Shown here in pieces: positions 21,301 through 31,656 of a stretch of DNA of 64,000 nt. The notes below the pieces were generated by a model. The model saw only the letters and a list, made by a program, of their open reading frames with translations. It was not told the origin of the DNA and ran no database searches. The DNA is from a virus. The stretch spans positions 1 to 64,000 of IMG/VR virus record IMGVR_UViG_3300030102_007788, one strand, 5' to 3'. Made by a program: the position numbers and the translations under genes. Each line of letters opens with the position of its first letter. Position 1 is the stretch's first letter.

Positions 21301-24300
21301 TACTGGCCGTATGGCTAAGATAATGCAAGGAATACGAGATAGGCCAGAGATGGCTTCAATGGGTGGATTTGCAGCTTATACAGCTTTAACTGGTAGTACC
21401 TCTATGATGGGCGATCAAGTAGCCGCGGGAGGCAGAATCGCAGCAAATATGGGAATGATGACAATGACTGGAGCGGCTCTTGCAGGGCCTGCGGCGCCAT
21501 TAGGGGCAGCCGTAGGGGCGGCTGTAGGCGCTCTTTCTTCTATTGGTGACATAATGATCCTTTTTAAAGATAATACTGAACAGGTTGCAGAAGCGCTAGC
21601 TAAATCTACAGGTATTATAAACGAAAGCTTAGGTAAAATTCTAGGAGCTGTAGACGCTCTTGGTAATTATGATTCTATGACTGTTGAAGAAAGAATGAAC
21701 AAGCTCATGGAAATTGAAACAGAGCGGGTAGAAGCTTTGAACTTTCTTGAAAAAGAGGCGAAAAAAGAGGGGGCAAATCCTATTTTTGCGTCGTTAGCGG
21801 CAGATTTGAAAAAGACTTTACCTACTGCTGGCGCTGCTATTGCCAAAGGAAACGTTAGCGCTGAATTCTTAAGGGGTTCGCGTCAGCAATTATCCCAAAT
21901 ACAGGGTCAAACTCAAGCTGCGTTAGGGTTACAAGGGTTTGTAAATGAAGAAGGAGGGTTCGCGGGATTAACAAAGGAAGAAGATACAGGTCGTTATAGG
22001 CATCTCGACTTCGCAACCGAAAGGATAATGAAGACCGTAGGCGACCCTAATAAAAAAGGTCAGGCTCAATTTTTGCTTAATACTTTAATAGGAGCTAAGG
22101 GTGGCGCGGAAATAGCAACGGCACCACTTACAGGCGCTGGCCCAGTAACGAAAATGAGAGGAACAACTGGGCTAACTGAATTAGAAGCTATAAGTAAGCT
22201 CGTAAAGGATGGTAAGGTTCAGGAGGGGATAGGGGCTTTTCTTGCTTTATTGGAAAATCCAGCAATAGGTAAAGGGGGGCTCGCTAAAGGTTTTGAAAAA
22301 GCTTTTGCTTTTGATAGGAGCTTTAACGTAAAAGAATATAAATCTGGAATAACCGATAAAACCCCACTGGGCAGGTTCAGCCGGAAGCATGGCGATCTAG
22401 CTACAACAGTAGGGGCACGTTTTGCATTTCAATCCATGTTTGAACAAGGGGGCATGTATGGTCCTGAGATGTTAGAGGCCGCAAGGGCAGCTACTATAAG
22501 AAAAGATTCTGGACCCGGTCCCGATTTAGGCGCCGCTATAAGAGGATCCTCAAGAAGAGGTTTCAGCGCTCAGCGTATGGCCAGAGGACAAGCTCGCTCT
22601 AGTATTGATTTAAAAAGAGAGGCTCAAGCAGCAAATAAGTTGGCGGCGCAACAAATGCAATACGCAACGGCTATAGCTCGGGCTACCAAAGACACTATAG
22701 GGCTTTCTGATGAAACTAAAAAGTTAGCAGACGCGGAAGCAGAGAGAAGATTTGAGCAAGATATGAATATCGCCAAAGCTTCAAAAAGAGAAGCTGAAAG
22801 CAAAGCTTTCGTTAGCGCTAATGCTCTACGCACATCTTATCTTATGGATAATAATTTGGGCGTGTCTCAGCAAAAATCTGTAAGTAGAGCGTTTGATAGA
22901 GTATTAACGATGTCCCCAAAAGAGATGGAGGACGAAGTGACTCGAATACGTGGTATAATGGGTCCTAAACTTCCCCAAGATGATTTTACTTTAAAGCTTT
23001 TAGAGGCTGTTCTTCCTAATTTCCAAAAAATTGGAGAAGATTTTAAAACCGCGGGAGACAACGCAACAAACGCTCTTACAGATTCAAAAAATATTAATAA
23101 GGAGAAAAACGAAGCTGATAAAGAAGCGTTAAGGTTATCTCGCATACTGAATACTGAAAAACAAAGGGAAATAAGAATAACTCAAGCTATACTATCTAAG
23201 CAAAGTGTTGATGACGCGAAGAGAAGAGCGAAGCGTGGTCAAATGTCGGCAAAAGATGTAGCTAGAACTTATCAAGGGTCAATAGATGATCAAATTGCCG
23301 CTTACGGTATAGGTAGCGTTGATGTCGGCGGGGTTATGGGCCAAACATTTAGAAATGAAATGGCTTACAATCAGGTTGACGCGTTTAGGGATTTTAGAAG
23401 CGGGGTCCAAGACGTAGCTGGGACTATGAAGTCCTCTTTCGCTCAAGCGTTTCAATCTATATCTACCGGAGCAACAACTGTGCAAGGTGCTTTGGCTAAT
23501 ATGGCCCAAAGCATTCTTAATTCAATTAACCAAATGTCTAGTCAGATATTTGCCAACATGATGTTCTCCAAAATGTTTGCAGGTAATTCTCCCGGAGCTT
23601 TTGCTCAAGGAGGTTATGTAAGAGGATACGCTGGTGGTGGTTTAGTTACAGGGGGTTCTGGTTACAAAGATGACGTGTTGACAAAAATGTCTGGCGGGGA
23701 ATTTGTGATTAAAAAATCTGCTGTTAATAAAATAGGAGTAGGAACTTTAAACGCTATTAATGGATATGCTAACGGCGGCCAAGCGGGACCCGGTATGGGC
23801 GCTATGGGTATGTTGGCTTTAGGGTCAGGAGCTGCTTCAGGTATAATTGGGGCAGCAATGGCCGACGGTCCAGATAAACCTATTCGTATGCAAAACTATG
23901 GTAAGGGCAGAAATGAGTTGGGTTATTTAGGTGGTGCGGATATAGACGCTGGCCAAGTCGATTCCATTGGAGGAGGACCAAGGTCTGCGAGTACTTCACT
24001 GGCTAAAGGTTTTGTATATTATACAAGAGATCCAAAAACAGGTAGGCTTATTAGTGAAAGAGCTAGACCTACTGAAGGAAGATTTGAAGTGAGTGACAGT
24101 TTATCTTTAATGGGCAGGCTATCAGAAGGAGACCCGCAAACAGCAAGAATGTTTGAGAAGGAACAAAGATTGGGTTCGTATCTTAATTATGTAGCTGGGG
24201 AAAAAGCTAGCAGAAAGGCTCAAATACAAGCGGTCAAAGATCAAAAAAGAGCAAGAACTATGGGTGCATTTGTGAACGCAGCTATGTTAATAGGTGGAGC

Positions 24301-24868
24301 GAAGCTAATGTCAATGGGTAAGCCTGATTCTCCAGCAGCAATAGACGTGGATTTTGATCCATCAACAGGAGCAAGTAGCAGTTACCCTCTGGGTTATGGT
24401 GGTACAACTGGCTCCTTTAGCGCTACCACGGGAGCATCACGCAGTTATCCGTCAAATTACCCCGGGATAGGAGGAGATAACGCTAATGGGGGGCTGGCTA
24501 AAGTAATGGGTGGAGAGTATATAATGAGCCCTCAAGCAGTCCGTACTCACGGCGTAGGCTTCATGACAGAGCTTAATCGCGGAAATGTCCCCGGTTACGC
24601 TTCTGGCGGTTTAGTTGGCGGCGGAGGAGGCGGTTCTACGGTCAATAACGGCGGTAATACCACTAATAACGTTAAGATAAATATCAGTATTGATAAGAAG
24701 GGTAAAGCTGAAGTAGAATCTGGAGTCACAACTGCTCAAGCCAGCGGAAGCGACAGAGACGATCAGGGAGAAGCTCAGAGTAACGCCAAGTTCGGTGAGA
24801 TCATTCAGGGAATGGTTTTGGAAGAAATTGTCAAGCAGCAAAGACCCGGTGGGCTTTTAACAAATTAA
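18317..24868 (+). CDS. Tail tape measure protein (TP901-type N-terminal core), 2183 aa
   Basis: Very long Ala/Gly-rich helical protein with a TP901-like core (AEAATELARQG...SSEDLAKSISRVGSSA...GGAVIGNAFKTIF), hydrophobic segments, and C-terminal [FY]AxGG and GGE[FY][VI] motifs. Confidence 0.92.
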   Translation: MARDKIEVDLLLNAKRAEATIKKMNRELDKMGKTMSRAFSGGPGAGGDKVRALGTGLSKATVRADEFTKSLEASNARVIAFGASAGLIMNVEKAMRAMVVSAIKVEKAMADVNVVMNVSTKRLEQFGKGMFKVAKDTAQNFDTVAEAATELARQGLGMEKTLMRTKDALILTRLTGMNAADSVKSLTAAVNSFNKAGVTSTQVINKMAKVDAAFAVSSEDLAKSISRVGSSAVDAGVSLDQLLAITTAVQQKTARGGAVIGNAFKTIFTRIQRTDVQQKLANIGVATQDMQGNMLDAVTVLRNLAGEFQNLSKQQQANIAENVAGVFQVNVLRAALSDLSSEYSNYGRALNTASTATTEAYQRNEQLNKSLDALVNRTLANLTQAGAALGGDLFGPTIEKILGLVNTTIDSFGKGGAMEGFGQTIGKGLIKGIGSFISGPGLVLATAVFGKLALSLGKFASQALKDIVGLNTATKQRAALEEVVVATIAKEPALLQRVKAGTLDVLTVEKQILNTIRQQQAERKALSGYGGALATSMYGRGARVGSSGRAFMRGGPGAAGGFVPNFANPNTERAAAAAGGYTAGAIKTMRQPGAGTMMYNSAETVRQFPGMAQKAIMPPKGSPAGAAYKSAFGAAHGFNPYAAGGFVPNFAPKSSPWATVSRKRGIGNKEATYTIPANDIGVLLGYDEKRTTTFDAPANVASLAGLRNTPIGKKLAKDKARVVLRGIRAKSFQSPSADATAEQLFANDLDLNLKKGMSGLSKTMMRKMGIEGMPGRMGRLDPGTEGGIFEEAMRMSMKAAQATPGAAFDFEAGGKPTDAMSRIFGVPITRIDAKRRLEAAKGGEMPKKYFNDPVTKKTGIKLLTDLAAGKYGQFTKSAAAGFVPNFSPLSNSIGREMAAGVPASAIRVGSSSSLRGPGNPRGLGVYNTIDEPMGLNQGIRRSRNMGINPRGHGAAEGFVPNFMVPTRILNQPRPLGPYRPAQKKVDKATTETAENTGRMAKIMQGIRDRPEMASMGGFAAYTALTGSTSMMGDQVAAGGRIAANMGMMTMTGAALAGPAAPLGAAVGAAVGALSSIGDIMILFKDNTEQVAEALAKSTGIINESLGKILGAVDALGNYDSMTVEERMNKLMEIETERVEALNFLEKEAKKEGANPIFASLAADLKKTLPTAGAAIAKGNVSAEFLRGSRQQLSQIQGQTQAALGLQGFVNEEGGFAGLTKEEDTGRYRHLDFATERIMKTVGDPNKKGQAQFLLNTLIGAKGGAEIATAPLTGAGPVTKMRGTTGLTELEAISKLVKDGKVQEGIGAFLALLENPAIGKGGLAKGFEKAFAFDRSFNVKEYKSGITDKTPLGRFSRKHGDLATTVGARFAFQSMFEQGGMYGPEMLEAARAATIRKDSGPGPDLGAAIRGSSRRGFSAQRMARGQARSSIDLKREAQAANKLAAQQMQYATAIARATKDTIGLSDETKKLADAEAERRFEQDMNIAKASKREAESKAFVSANALRTSYLMDNNLGVSQQKSVSRAFDRVLTMSPKEMEDEVTRIRGIMGPKLPQDDFTLKLLEAVLPNFQKIGEDFKTAGDNATNALTDSKNINKEKNEADKEALRLSRILNTEKQREIRITQAILSKQSVDDAKRRAKRGQMSAKDVARTYQGSIDDQIAAYGIGSVDVGGVMGQTFRNEMAYNQVDAFRDFRSGVQDVAGTMKSSFAQAFQSISTGATTVQGALANMAQSILNSINQMSSQIFANMMFSKMFAGNSPGAFAQGGYVRGYAGGGLVTGGSGYKDDVLTKMSGGEFVIKKSAVNKIGVGTLNAINGYANGGQAGPGMGAMGMLALGSGAASGIIGAAMADGPDKPIRMQNYGKGRNELGYLGGADIDAGQVDSIGGGPRSASTSLAKGFVYYTRDPKTGRLISERARPTEGRFEVSDSLSLMGRLSEGDPQTARMFEKEQRLGSYLNYVAGEKASRKAQIQAVKDQKRARTMGAFVNAAMLIGGAKLMSMGKPDSPAAIDVDFDPSTGASSSYPLGYGGTTGSFSATTGASRSYPSNYPGIGGDNANGGLAKVMGGEYIMSPQAVRTHGVGFMTELNRGNVPGYASGGLVGGGGGGSTVNNGGNTTNNVKINISIDKKGKAEVESGVTTAQASGSDRDDQGEAQSNAKFGEIIQGMVLEEIVKQQRPGGLLTN

Positions 24869-25740
24869 AAATTCATATTCTCAACATTAGAAATTCTCTT
24901 TTCGAGCTCTAGGATTTTTTCTTCTAGGATTTTTATACCTTGGTTGTACATGGTATTGGTCTGCACCGCCTCAGAAGGAATCATAGGTATTTTTAATAAA
25001 GGCGATAAGTCAAAGCTAATCTCGCAAATCGCGTTTTCCAACGAGCCAAAATTAAAACCTTTATTTAGATAAACAATTTGTTTCTTTAGCGAGATATCAC
25101 CAGAGTCAACTTTCGGCGGGAGACTGTAATTAAAGTTAATTATTGTTTGCCCATCTTTATATATTACTTGGCTTACAGTTTTTTGCAATATCGAGGCTGA
25201 AATAGATTCGGTAAAATCAAAGTCAACTTCAATAACTTCTCCATGACTATTCATTACCTGCACTGGATTTTCGGGAGGATAAATATACTTACCCGGCGAG
25301 TTAATTGATAAATTTAAGATTTTTCCCTTGTCGTCTACTTTTTTAACAACCAGTTCTGCATATTCTCCGGTTAGATTTGTATTACTGCTTGAAGAAACTC
25401 CTCCTTGTGCGTAAATCTTTTCCCCTAGCTCGTATTTATGATTATTTTTTTGTTCAAAACTTTGGATACTTTCTGCTTCGTACTCTTCAAAGGTTATTTG
25501 AGCCTCATCATTTGGGGATATTTTGTACAAAAAATTTCCCTTTACTGATACGCTATTGTTATCAATGCGAGTAAACTTTCTTTTCAGGTTAATTATCTCA
25601 CTGGTCTCTATTTGATAAGGAACTTGATTTCCACCAATTAAAATAGTTGAGCCATTTTTTGTTAAAACTTTTCTTGTACTGCTTATAAATAACTGATCTG
25701 TACCTTTCTTAATTGAGCCTTGAAAAATCTCAGGTTTCAT
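24865..25740 (-). CDS. Hypothetical tail-associated protein
   Basis: Last gene of the minus-strand tip operon. It has a G.I..LSI.SPG.Y..PP segment seen in phage structural proteins and a C-terminal coiled coil, and overlaps the TMP stop by 4 bp. Confidence 0.55.
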   Translation of the reverse strand: MKPEIFQGSIKKGTDQLFISSTRKVLTKNGSTILIGGNQVPYQIETSEIINLKRKFTRIDNNSVSVKGNFLYKISPNDEAQITFEEYEAESIQSFEQKNNHKYELGEKIYAQGGVSSSSNTNLTGEYAELVVKKVDDKGKILNLSINSPGKYIYPPENPVQVMNSHGEVIEVDFDFTESISASILQKTVSQVIYKDGQTIINFNYSLPPKVDSGDISLKKQIVYLNKGFNFGSLENAICEISFDLSPLLKIPMIPSEAVQTNTMYNQGIKILEEKILELEKRISNVENMNF

Positions 25741-25749
25741 ACTGATATT

Positions 25750-28700
25750 TTATTCCAAATCCGCATATACGGCGAATTTTATTCTTAATCCTCCTGCTTG
25801 AGCAACAGACACAGCATTAGTCATTCCCCCAAGGTCTGAACTAATAAGGCCTAGTGATTTATAATTCTTTAAACGAGCTCTTCTTTGGGTGATCATAATC
25901 AAAAATGAATCTTCTCTTTTTTGAACCTCATAGGAACTAATGGTATTCGACCCTAAATAACTCAAACCTGTATCATTACGCTTACCCCCTGAGGAGTTTG
26001 GAGCTTCTATTTCTGCGCGAACACTATAAAGATCAGGGTTTAAGTTTTGATTTAAAAAAGGAACGGATAATATAAAGGTTCTTACATGGCCTATATGAGA
26101 TCCTACACTAAAATTTTCGTCATCGCCTTTATCGTAAACCCTTGCTTTGTAATTGAACTCATTCTTTTCTGTTTCATTGACCGATACTACCTGAACATAA
26201 CACTGGATACCATTTAAATCCACAATGCCTTTAGTCATTGTAGGGGTAGCATTTGGGCTTACTTTTTTAACATCCCCTACCGTTCTGCTAACAAGTTGCT
26301 CAACAACCTCTCCTCCTCCATGGTACACTCGTAATGGTACCGTAGGTACGAGACCTTGCCCTGCATTATTTTTATATTTTTCGGCGTCAGGTTTGTCTGT
26401 TTCTGCCAGATTACTAAATTGCACTGGTACCTGCGTTATAATAGCTTCCAACGGGGTGTGTGCAATAGTTACCTCTCCCCAGCCTACGCTTGATAGTGAA
26501 GAAGCTGCTAAACTATTTAGATTATATTGAGGTATAAATATTGGTGTTCCCAAAGAGTTCAAAAAAGCTCCTTCTGCGTCTCCAGCTAGAGAAGCCCCTT
26601 CAACTGTATACTTAGTTTCTGAACTTTTTGGAAGAGTCGAGAAGTTTATATCCACATCTTGTAATATTTTAGGCACTTTATAGGTAGTGTTTCCCTCTGT
26701 GTAGCTAGAAAACCTTATGATATCATCATCTTCAACAAAAGCTCTGTTGTAGGACAGGGTGTCATAGAAACCCATTGTGATGTTAATATTATCCGCTTCT
26801 AGACCTATGGGAAACGGGATTATAAAGCGTTCTAAATTATCTCCATCCCCTAGTTCATAAAAAGACCTATAAATTAGATAGGGTTTTGGATTATTACCCT
26901 GTCCATCTCCGGCTCCTTGATGACTTGCGTAACTTGAATCTATGGTTACCAGTCCATCAAATGCGGTCCCATCGGCTGCTATCTGGCTAGTTCTATTATT
27001 TTTTATATTTTCATCTGTTTTAGCTATAGCATCTCCGTTTTCTTTTGTGGCTTTTATATTTAATTTAAAGTCTGGAGCTAGGTTTGAGGAAGATTGCCTA
27101 TCCGACTCACTGTCAAATACTTGTGAATTATCTCCTGTGGTATAATAAAAAACCACTCCCTCAATATTATTAAAGAATCTGTCAAAAGTTTCTTCGTCTA
27201 CTGTGGTATCACCCGCAAGGGTAGTAACAGGAGCAATCCCGACTTCAAGAGAATCTCTAATTAACTTAATAGAAGCTAGGTACGGGTAGTTATTCTCTGC
27301 GGCATTTCTGTTTGTGAGGTAACGTACAGATCCCTCTCTGTCAGGTAGGGGATCGATTGCAAAAAACATTCCGCTAGGGGGCTCTATATTTACTCCTATT
27401 AAATCATAGGCGCCGCCCATTAAAAAGTTATCATCACCTTCGCCGACTGAGCTATCAATAAACTTTTCTCCGTCAGGCCCAATAGTGTTGGCATAAACTG
27501 GATTATCAGCAGCAGTGGTGCCAAACTGATCTTGAGGTTCTACCACTAAATCAAATTTTCTAAGCGGGTATTCGTTAGAATCCCTTACTACAAGCCCGCT
27601 TGATGGAACTTTGTAAAAAGTAGATTTTTCGTCAGGTCCTACGTTTTCATATTTTTGCCCAAGAGTGTTTCCGATAGAAGCCGGGAATACAGCAGAATTT
27701 CCTCTTAAATCAGATATTACGTCAGGGTTGTTAACGTCGCTTGTTAAAGTGAAACTAGGCTCTGCTGCTGGGTCATTGTATCCAGTGAATTCAAAATAAA
27801 TATGCTCATTAGGCGCATTTGGGGTATCCGGTTTGCTTGGTTTCCTTACCGTAATTCTGTAATTTATTTGGCTAGAGTTAAACGTTAATGGGTATTGTTT
27901 GTATATTGGCGATTCTTCTTCAGGTCTATTGTATATAGATGATTCTGCGCTTATTTTCCACTGGAATGAAGGCTCTTGTTCTTCTATGGAAAACATGGAT
28001 TGACTATCCCCAACCGCTAAACCTTCCTCGTCCAAAACTTTTAACTGATTTAAATTCAAAGCAGCAACTGAGCTTTTAAAAGATGTCGAGCTTGTTAAGT
28101 CTAACGCTGACATCAGGCCGTATCCTATAGTGCCCATATCTGATATTGGGTAAATAACAACATACGTTACTTTTGCTTCCGTAATCAAGGTTTCGTAATT
28201 TAACCGTTTGTACTGTTCTAATACATCTTCAGATTCACTAGAGTCTGAGATTAAGTTAAAATACCCATTGTCAGCTATTGCTTCTTCATAGGTTATTATT
28301 TTTACTTCATTTTCTCTTATGTCGTTGTAGTAGACGGGATCAACTAAATACCCAACATTATATTGGGCTGTGCCCCCTCCAGCGGGGTATCTCACCCTAG
28401 GGTTTCCGTTTGCTGTCCAATTGTTTAGGATTTGAGGATCTCCGCTAGTTATAATACTAATAGAATAACTAATCTGTTGATCTGTTCTCTTTAAGTTTAC
28501 GGAGTCTGAGGGCTGGCTATTGTCAGTTGCGTTAACTGAGTTTATGCCATTCCTAAATCCAGCGGCGCTAAAATCAATTAAAAGAGTCTGATAATTTGTA
28601 TCAGCATTAAGGCTACCGCCTTCAACATAAGCGGTGTCAGCTTTTACTTCAATCAAATTAGTATTACTTTGAGTAACTCCATTAGAGGGAGTGGTGGTAG

Positions 28701-31656
28701 GTAAATAATTTTGCTCAGGGTAGTTGGAGAAATAAGTTTTTAAATCTCCTGCGAAATTTTTAATTTGCGAAACGGGAAAGTATATCAAGTCACTATCTAA
28801 AGATACATTTGAGGCGCTAACACTGTCCACCTCTGAATACTTTCCTGTAGAGTAAGACAATGCAGAAATGTCATGGGTTCCTCCTTGCCCTTCTTTTATG
28901 TTTACTATTCTATAGGTAGAAGAGGTATTGTTTATAGAGTCAGGGTCATCTTTTATTAACGGTTCTATTGACCAGACCAGATTTTGACCAGAGAAATATC
29001 CGCCAGAGTATGGAAAACTGTCGGTAGTTCTATCTCCGTTTACTTCTCTTCCTACTGTAACAGCGTTATTGTCATACCCCGTAATTACATAATCAACAAA
29101 ATTTAATTGATTTCCGGTATATCCAGCAGCTACGTTACCAGCATCTGCGTTAAAGGTATCCGCGCCCTGAATAGCAGGGTCTTCTAAAATCATACCTGAA
29201 TTAAAATAAATTTTTGTGCAAACACCGCTTCCGCTAATCCTAAAATCAGATCTGAATGAGCCAGCTTCTCCGGTTATGGATTCAGCATCTGAGCCATTAA
29301 AAGCTAATGACTGGATTTGAGTTCTTCTTACTCCATCCAGCTCTGTGCTATTTCCTACGTTTTCATTTGAGTAGTCGTAAGTCGGAGTTAAAATAGAAAA
29401 TTTATACTTTTTATTTTTTTCCAAATCTACGGATTGATCTAAAACTACACTGTTTACAGTTGACCTTGCTGCAGCGACAATTTGATTTTCATCAAGCACT
29501 GTACCTCGAGCAACAGTAAGCGGAGTTACCGCATTTGTCCTTCCGCTGTATTTTAGCGGGTTTCTGTTATTATCGTATATAGTTACTACATCCCCGGGTC
29601 GTAGATAAGCTCCTTCAAGTCCAGCTTGGAAAGATACCGTCTCTGTTTCTTGGGATTCACTTGCTATAATCCATTTTGCAAATCTTCGGGCTTGTCCTCG
29701 GCTTGTGCAGCCTAAGGCTGTAGTTTCAAGCTCTCTTATCCCGTATCTTTTAACGGCTTCTTCATCTTCCATGTATTCTATAGCGGGTTGATACCAGTTT
29801 CTCTTATCGTTGTATCTAACTACCGCAACAGTATGGCGAGCTTTTTTGGCTGAGCTGGAATACGTAAAGTTACCATCAACAACATTTGTGTTATTGAAAG
29901 AGTGAACAGCAGACTTAAATTTATCCTGTGTGGAAAAAATACTTCCATTCGTATAGTAGCATATACCGCGAAATACAGATGATAAATCATTTAAAACTTT
30001 ATAAGCTTCTTCTCTGGACGTTATGATATAGTTAATTGTGAACCGTGGCTCAAACCCTCCGTATGTATCATCAACTAGCTCATCACAGTATTGGGCAATC
30101 TCATAAAGCACCCATTTATCTATTTGGTTGGGAGATATGTAGTCACCCAGTCCGTATATTGGATTGGTTATTAAGTCATAAAAACACCAAGCAGGATTAT
30201 CTGTCCACACTTTATCCTTATTAAACTCTCCATTCCATTCTACGGTTGCGTTGGAGCTTAGCCTGCTCCATGTTTTTCCGTTATCTAGGGTGTTTGAGTT
30301 TGTGGCTGTGCCCACTGCTATCCCTTGTACTTTAGTTCCCATGCCCCCAGCGCTAGTTCCGTAGCTTTTTATAATTGGGTTGTAATTGTTAGGGACTTTT
30401 ACTTTCAACAATTTAGTGTCGTAAGCCCTACTTGGAACGCGTGAAAAAGATCTGGCGTCAAACTGAGAGTATACCATGGAAGAGTAGGGGTATCTCAATT
30501 TAGTTCCATAAACCTCTACAATAGAATCCACAAATGATTGATGCCTCAGAAACGAACTCAAAGATTCTGGTGTGGTTCTTACTATGCGGATATTCCAGCC
30601 TTGAAAGCCCTTTTTATCTTGAAACCCCGCTTCAGATAAATCAATTCTTGATGATCTTATATAAGCCTCGTCAACTTTACCTTGAATAGTCTCTTTCTTA
30701 CCTAACTCCCAATTAGAAGATGAATAATGTCCCCCAGCGTTGCTGCTAGTTTTGTTCTGGGAAAACCTTTCGTCAAAAATAGGTTGATAATATATACTGT
30801 AATCAATACTTCTGGCTTTAGTGTCTCCGTACCCAACAGGCTGGGGACTGCGTTTCTTTTTGTACATTTTAGGCCCCGCTTGTATTTGCTCTACCATTGA
30901 CGGGACTTTAATATTTACTATTAACTCGCTGCACTGTTTATTTAAAATAGTATAAGTTTTAGCGTATTTGTCTATAGGTCCTCTTAGGGTTGCTTGTCTT
31001 TCTGCTGTCGGTAAAAGATCTCCTCCTTTTACTTCTGGTCCATATAGTCTCTCTCCAATATTTCTGGATATACTTAAATCTAAAATATCGGTATCAGTCA
31101 TGTTGGCGTAAAGAGGTAAGTTAGTGGAGTCTAGTTTAGGTGTGTTTCCTGTAGGATTACCTATCGTATAACTTACGTTAACTGAAGAAAAATTATAAAA
31201 AGAGCTATCGTCTACTATCGGGATTTCGTTCCAATAGATAGATCTGAGAAAGCCTAAATTTTGAGACTGTTCTGAATCTGTGGGGTCTATTCCTGTAGCT
31301 GTGTAGTGAGTAAACTCAGACCTATAATAACCAGTAACATTATCATTTTTTGTAAAAACATACTCCCCGCTTACGAGGCCTTCAATAGGCCCTTCGGATA
31401 TTAAATCTACTACCTCTGCATAACCTCTTGAAGTAACGGGATCTCCGTCAACCTTAACAGCTGCAACGTCTGTCACTGTTGGTCGGGCCTTCTTCTTTTG
31501 TTTTTTACCACCAAAGCTGATGCCTAACATAGGTTCCAAGCCGCTGGCAGGAGAGTTAGCGTCGCCTCCTAAAACTATTAAATAGATAAGGTAAAACCAA
31601 AATATTATATTTGGACTACTTATTGTTTCGATTAATTTTTTCTTCATTTTAGCCAT
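25750..31656 (-). CDS. Tail tip/central fibre protein (lambda gpJ, TipJ-like), 1968 aa
   Basis: VVDLISEGPIEGLV, YPYS, WTDNPAWCFYDL, IAQYCDELV...EPRF and GCTSRGQARR motifs typical of gpJ. Confidence 0.92.
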   Translation of the reverse strand: MAKMKKKLIETISSPNIIFWFYLIYLIVLGGDANSPASGLEPMLGISFGGKKQKKKARPTVTDVAAVKVDGDPVTSRGYAEVVDLISEGPIEGLVSGEYVFTKNDNVTGYYRSEFTHYTATGIDPTDSEQSQNLGFLRSIYWNEIPIVDDSSFYNFSSVNVSYTIGNPTGNTPKLDSTNLPLYANMTDTDILDLSISRNIGERLYGPEVKGGDLLPTAERQATLRGPIDKYAKTYTILNKQCSELIVNIKVPSMVEQIQAGPKMYKKKRSPQPVGYGDTKARSIDYSIYYQPIFDERFSQNKTSSNAGGHYSSSNWELGKKETIQGKVDEAYIRSSRIDLSEAGFQDKKGFQGWNIRIVRTTPESLSSFLRHQSFVDSIVEVYGTKLRYPYSSMVYSQFDARSFSRVPSRAYDTKLLKVKVPNNYNPIIKSYGTSAGGMGTKVQGIAVGTATNSNTLDNGKTWSRLSSNATVEWNGEFNKDKVWTDNPAWCFYDLITNPIYGLGDYISPNQIDKWVLYEIAQYCDELVDDTYGGFEPRFTINYIITSREEAYKVLNDLSSVFRGICYYTNGSIFSTQDKFKSAVHSFNNTNVVDGNFTYSSSAKKARHTVAVVRYNDKRNWYQPAIEYMEDEEAVKRYGIRELETTALGCTSRGQARRFAKWIIASESQETETVSFQAGLEGAYLRPGDVVTIYDNNRNPLKYSGRTNAVTPLTVARGTVLDENQIVAAARSTVNSVVLDQSVDLEKNKKYKFSILTPTYDYSNENVGNSTELDGVRRTQIQSLAFNGSDAESITGEAGSFRSDFRISGSGVCTKIYFNSGMILEDPAIQGADTFNADAGNVAAGYTGNQLNFVDYVITGYDNNAVTVGREVNGDRTTDSFPYSGGYFSGQNLVWSIEPLIKDDPDSINNTSSTYRIVNIKEGQGGTHDISALSYSTGKYSEVDSVSASNVSLDSDLIYFPVSQIKNFAGDLKTYFSNYPEQNYLPTTTPSNGVTQSNTNLIEVKADTAYVEGGSLNADTNYQTLLIDFSAAGFRNGINSVNATDNSQPSDSVNLKRTDQQISYSISIITSGDPQILNNWTANGNPRVRYPAGGGTAQYNVGYLVDPVYYNDIRENEVKIITYEEAIADNGYFNLISDSSESEDVLEQYKRLNYETLITEAKVTYVVIYPISDMGTIGYGLMSALDLTSSTSFKSSVAALNLNQLKVLDEEGLAVGDSQSMFSIEEQEPSFQWKISAESSIYNRPEEESPIYKQYPLTFNSSQINYRITVRKPSKPDTPNAPNEHIYFEFTGYNDPAAEPSFTLTSDVNNPDVISDLRGNSAVFPASIGNTLGQKYENVGPDEKSTFYKVPSSGLVVRDSNEYPLRKFDLVVEPQDQFGTTAADNPVYANTIGPDGEKFIDSSVGEGDDNFLMGGAYDLIGVNIEPPSGMFFAIDPLPDREGSVRYLTNRNAAENNYPYLASIKLIRDSLEVGIAPVTTLAGDTTVDEETFDRFFNNIEGVVFYYTTGDNSQVFDSESDRQSSSNLAPDFKLNIKATKENGDAIAKTDENIKNNRTSQIAADGTAFDGLVTIDSSYASHQGAGDGQGNNPKPYLIYRSFYELGDGDNLERFIIPFPIGLEADNINITMGFYDTLSYNRAFVEDDDIIRFSSYTEGNTTYKVPKILQDVDINFSTLPKSSETKYTVEGASLAGDAEGAFLNSLGTPIFIPQYNLNSLAASSLSSVGWGEVTIAHTPLEAIITQVPVQFSNLAETDKPDAEKYKNNAGQGLVPTVPLRVYHGGGEVVEQLVSRTVGDVKKVSPNATPTMTKGIVDLNGIQCYVQVVSVNETEKNEFNYKARVYDKGDDENFSVGSHIGHVRTFILSVPFLNQNLNPDLYSVRAEIEAPNSSGGKRNDTGLSYLGSNTISSYEVQKREDSFLIMITQRRARLKNYKSLGLISSDLGGMTNAVSVAQAGGLRIKFAVYADLE

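Noticed and set aside
24360-24460. Short peptide repeat in the TMP C-terminus (STGASSSYP / TTGASRSYP)
   Set aside because: Only two degenerate copies in a low-complexity linker; probably a local duplication.
65-24841. Many short ORFs antisense or out-of-frame within the fibre, tube and TMP genes (e.g. 18274..18726, 20512..20994)
   Set aside because: They are shadows of long Gly/Ala-rich genes, with no RBS or recognisable motifs.
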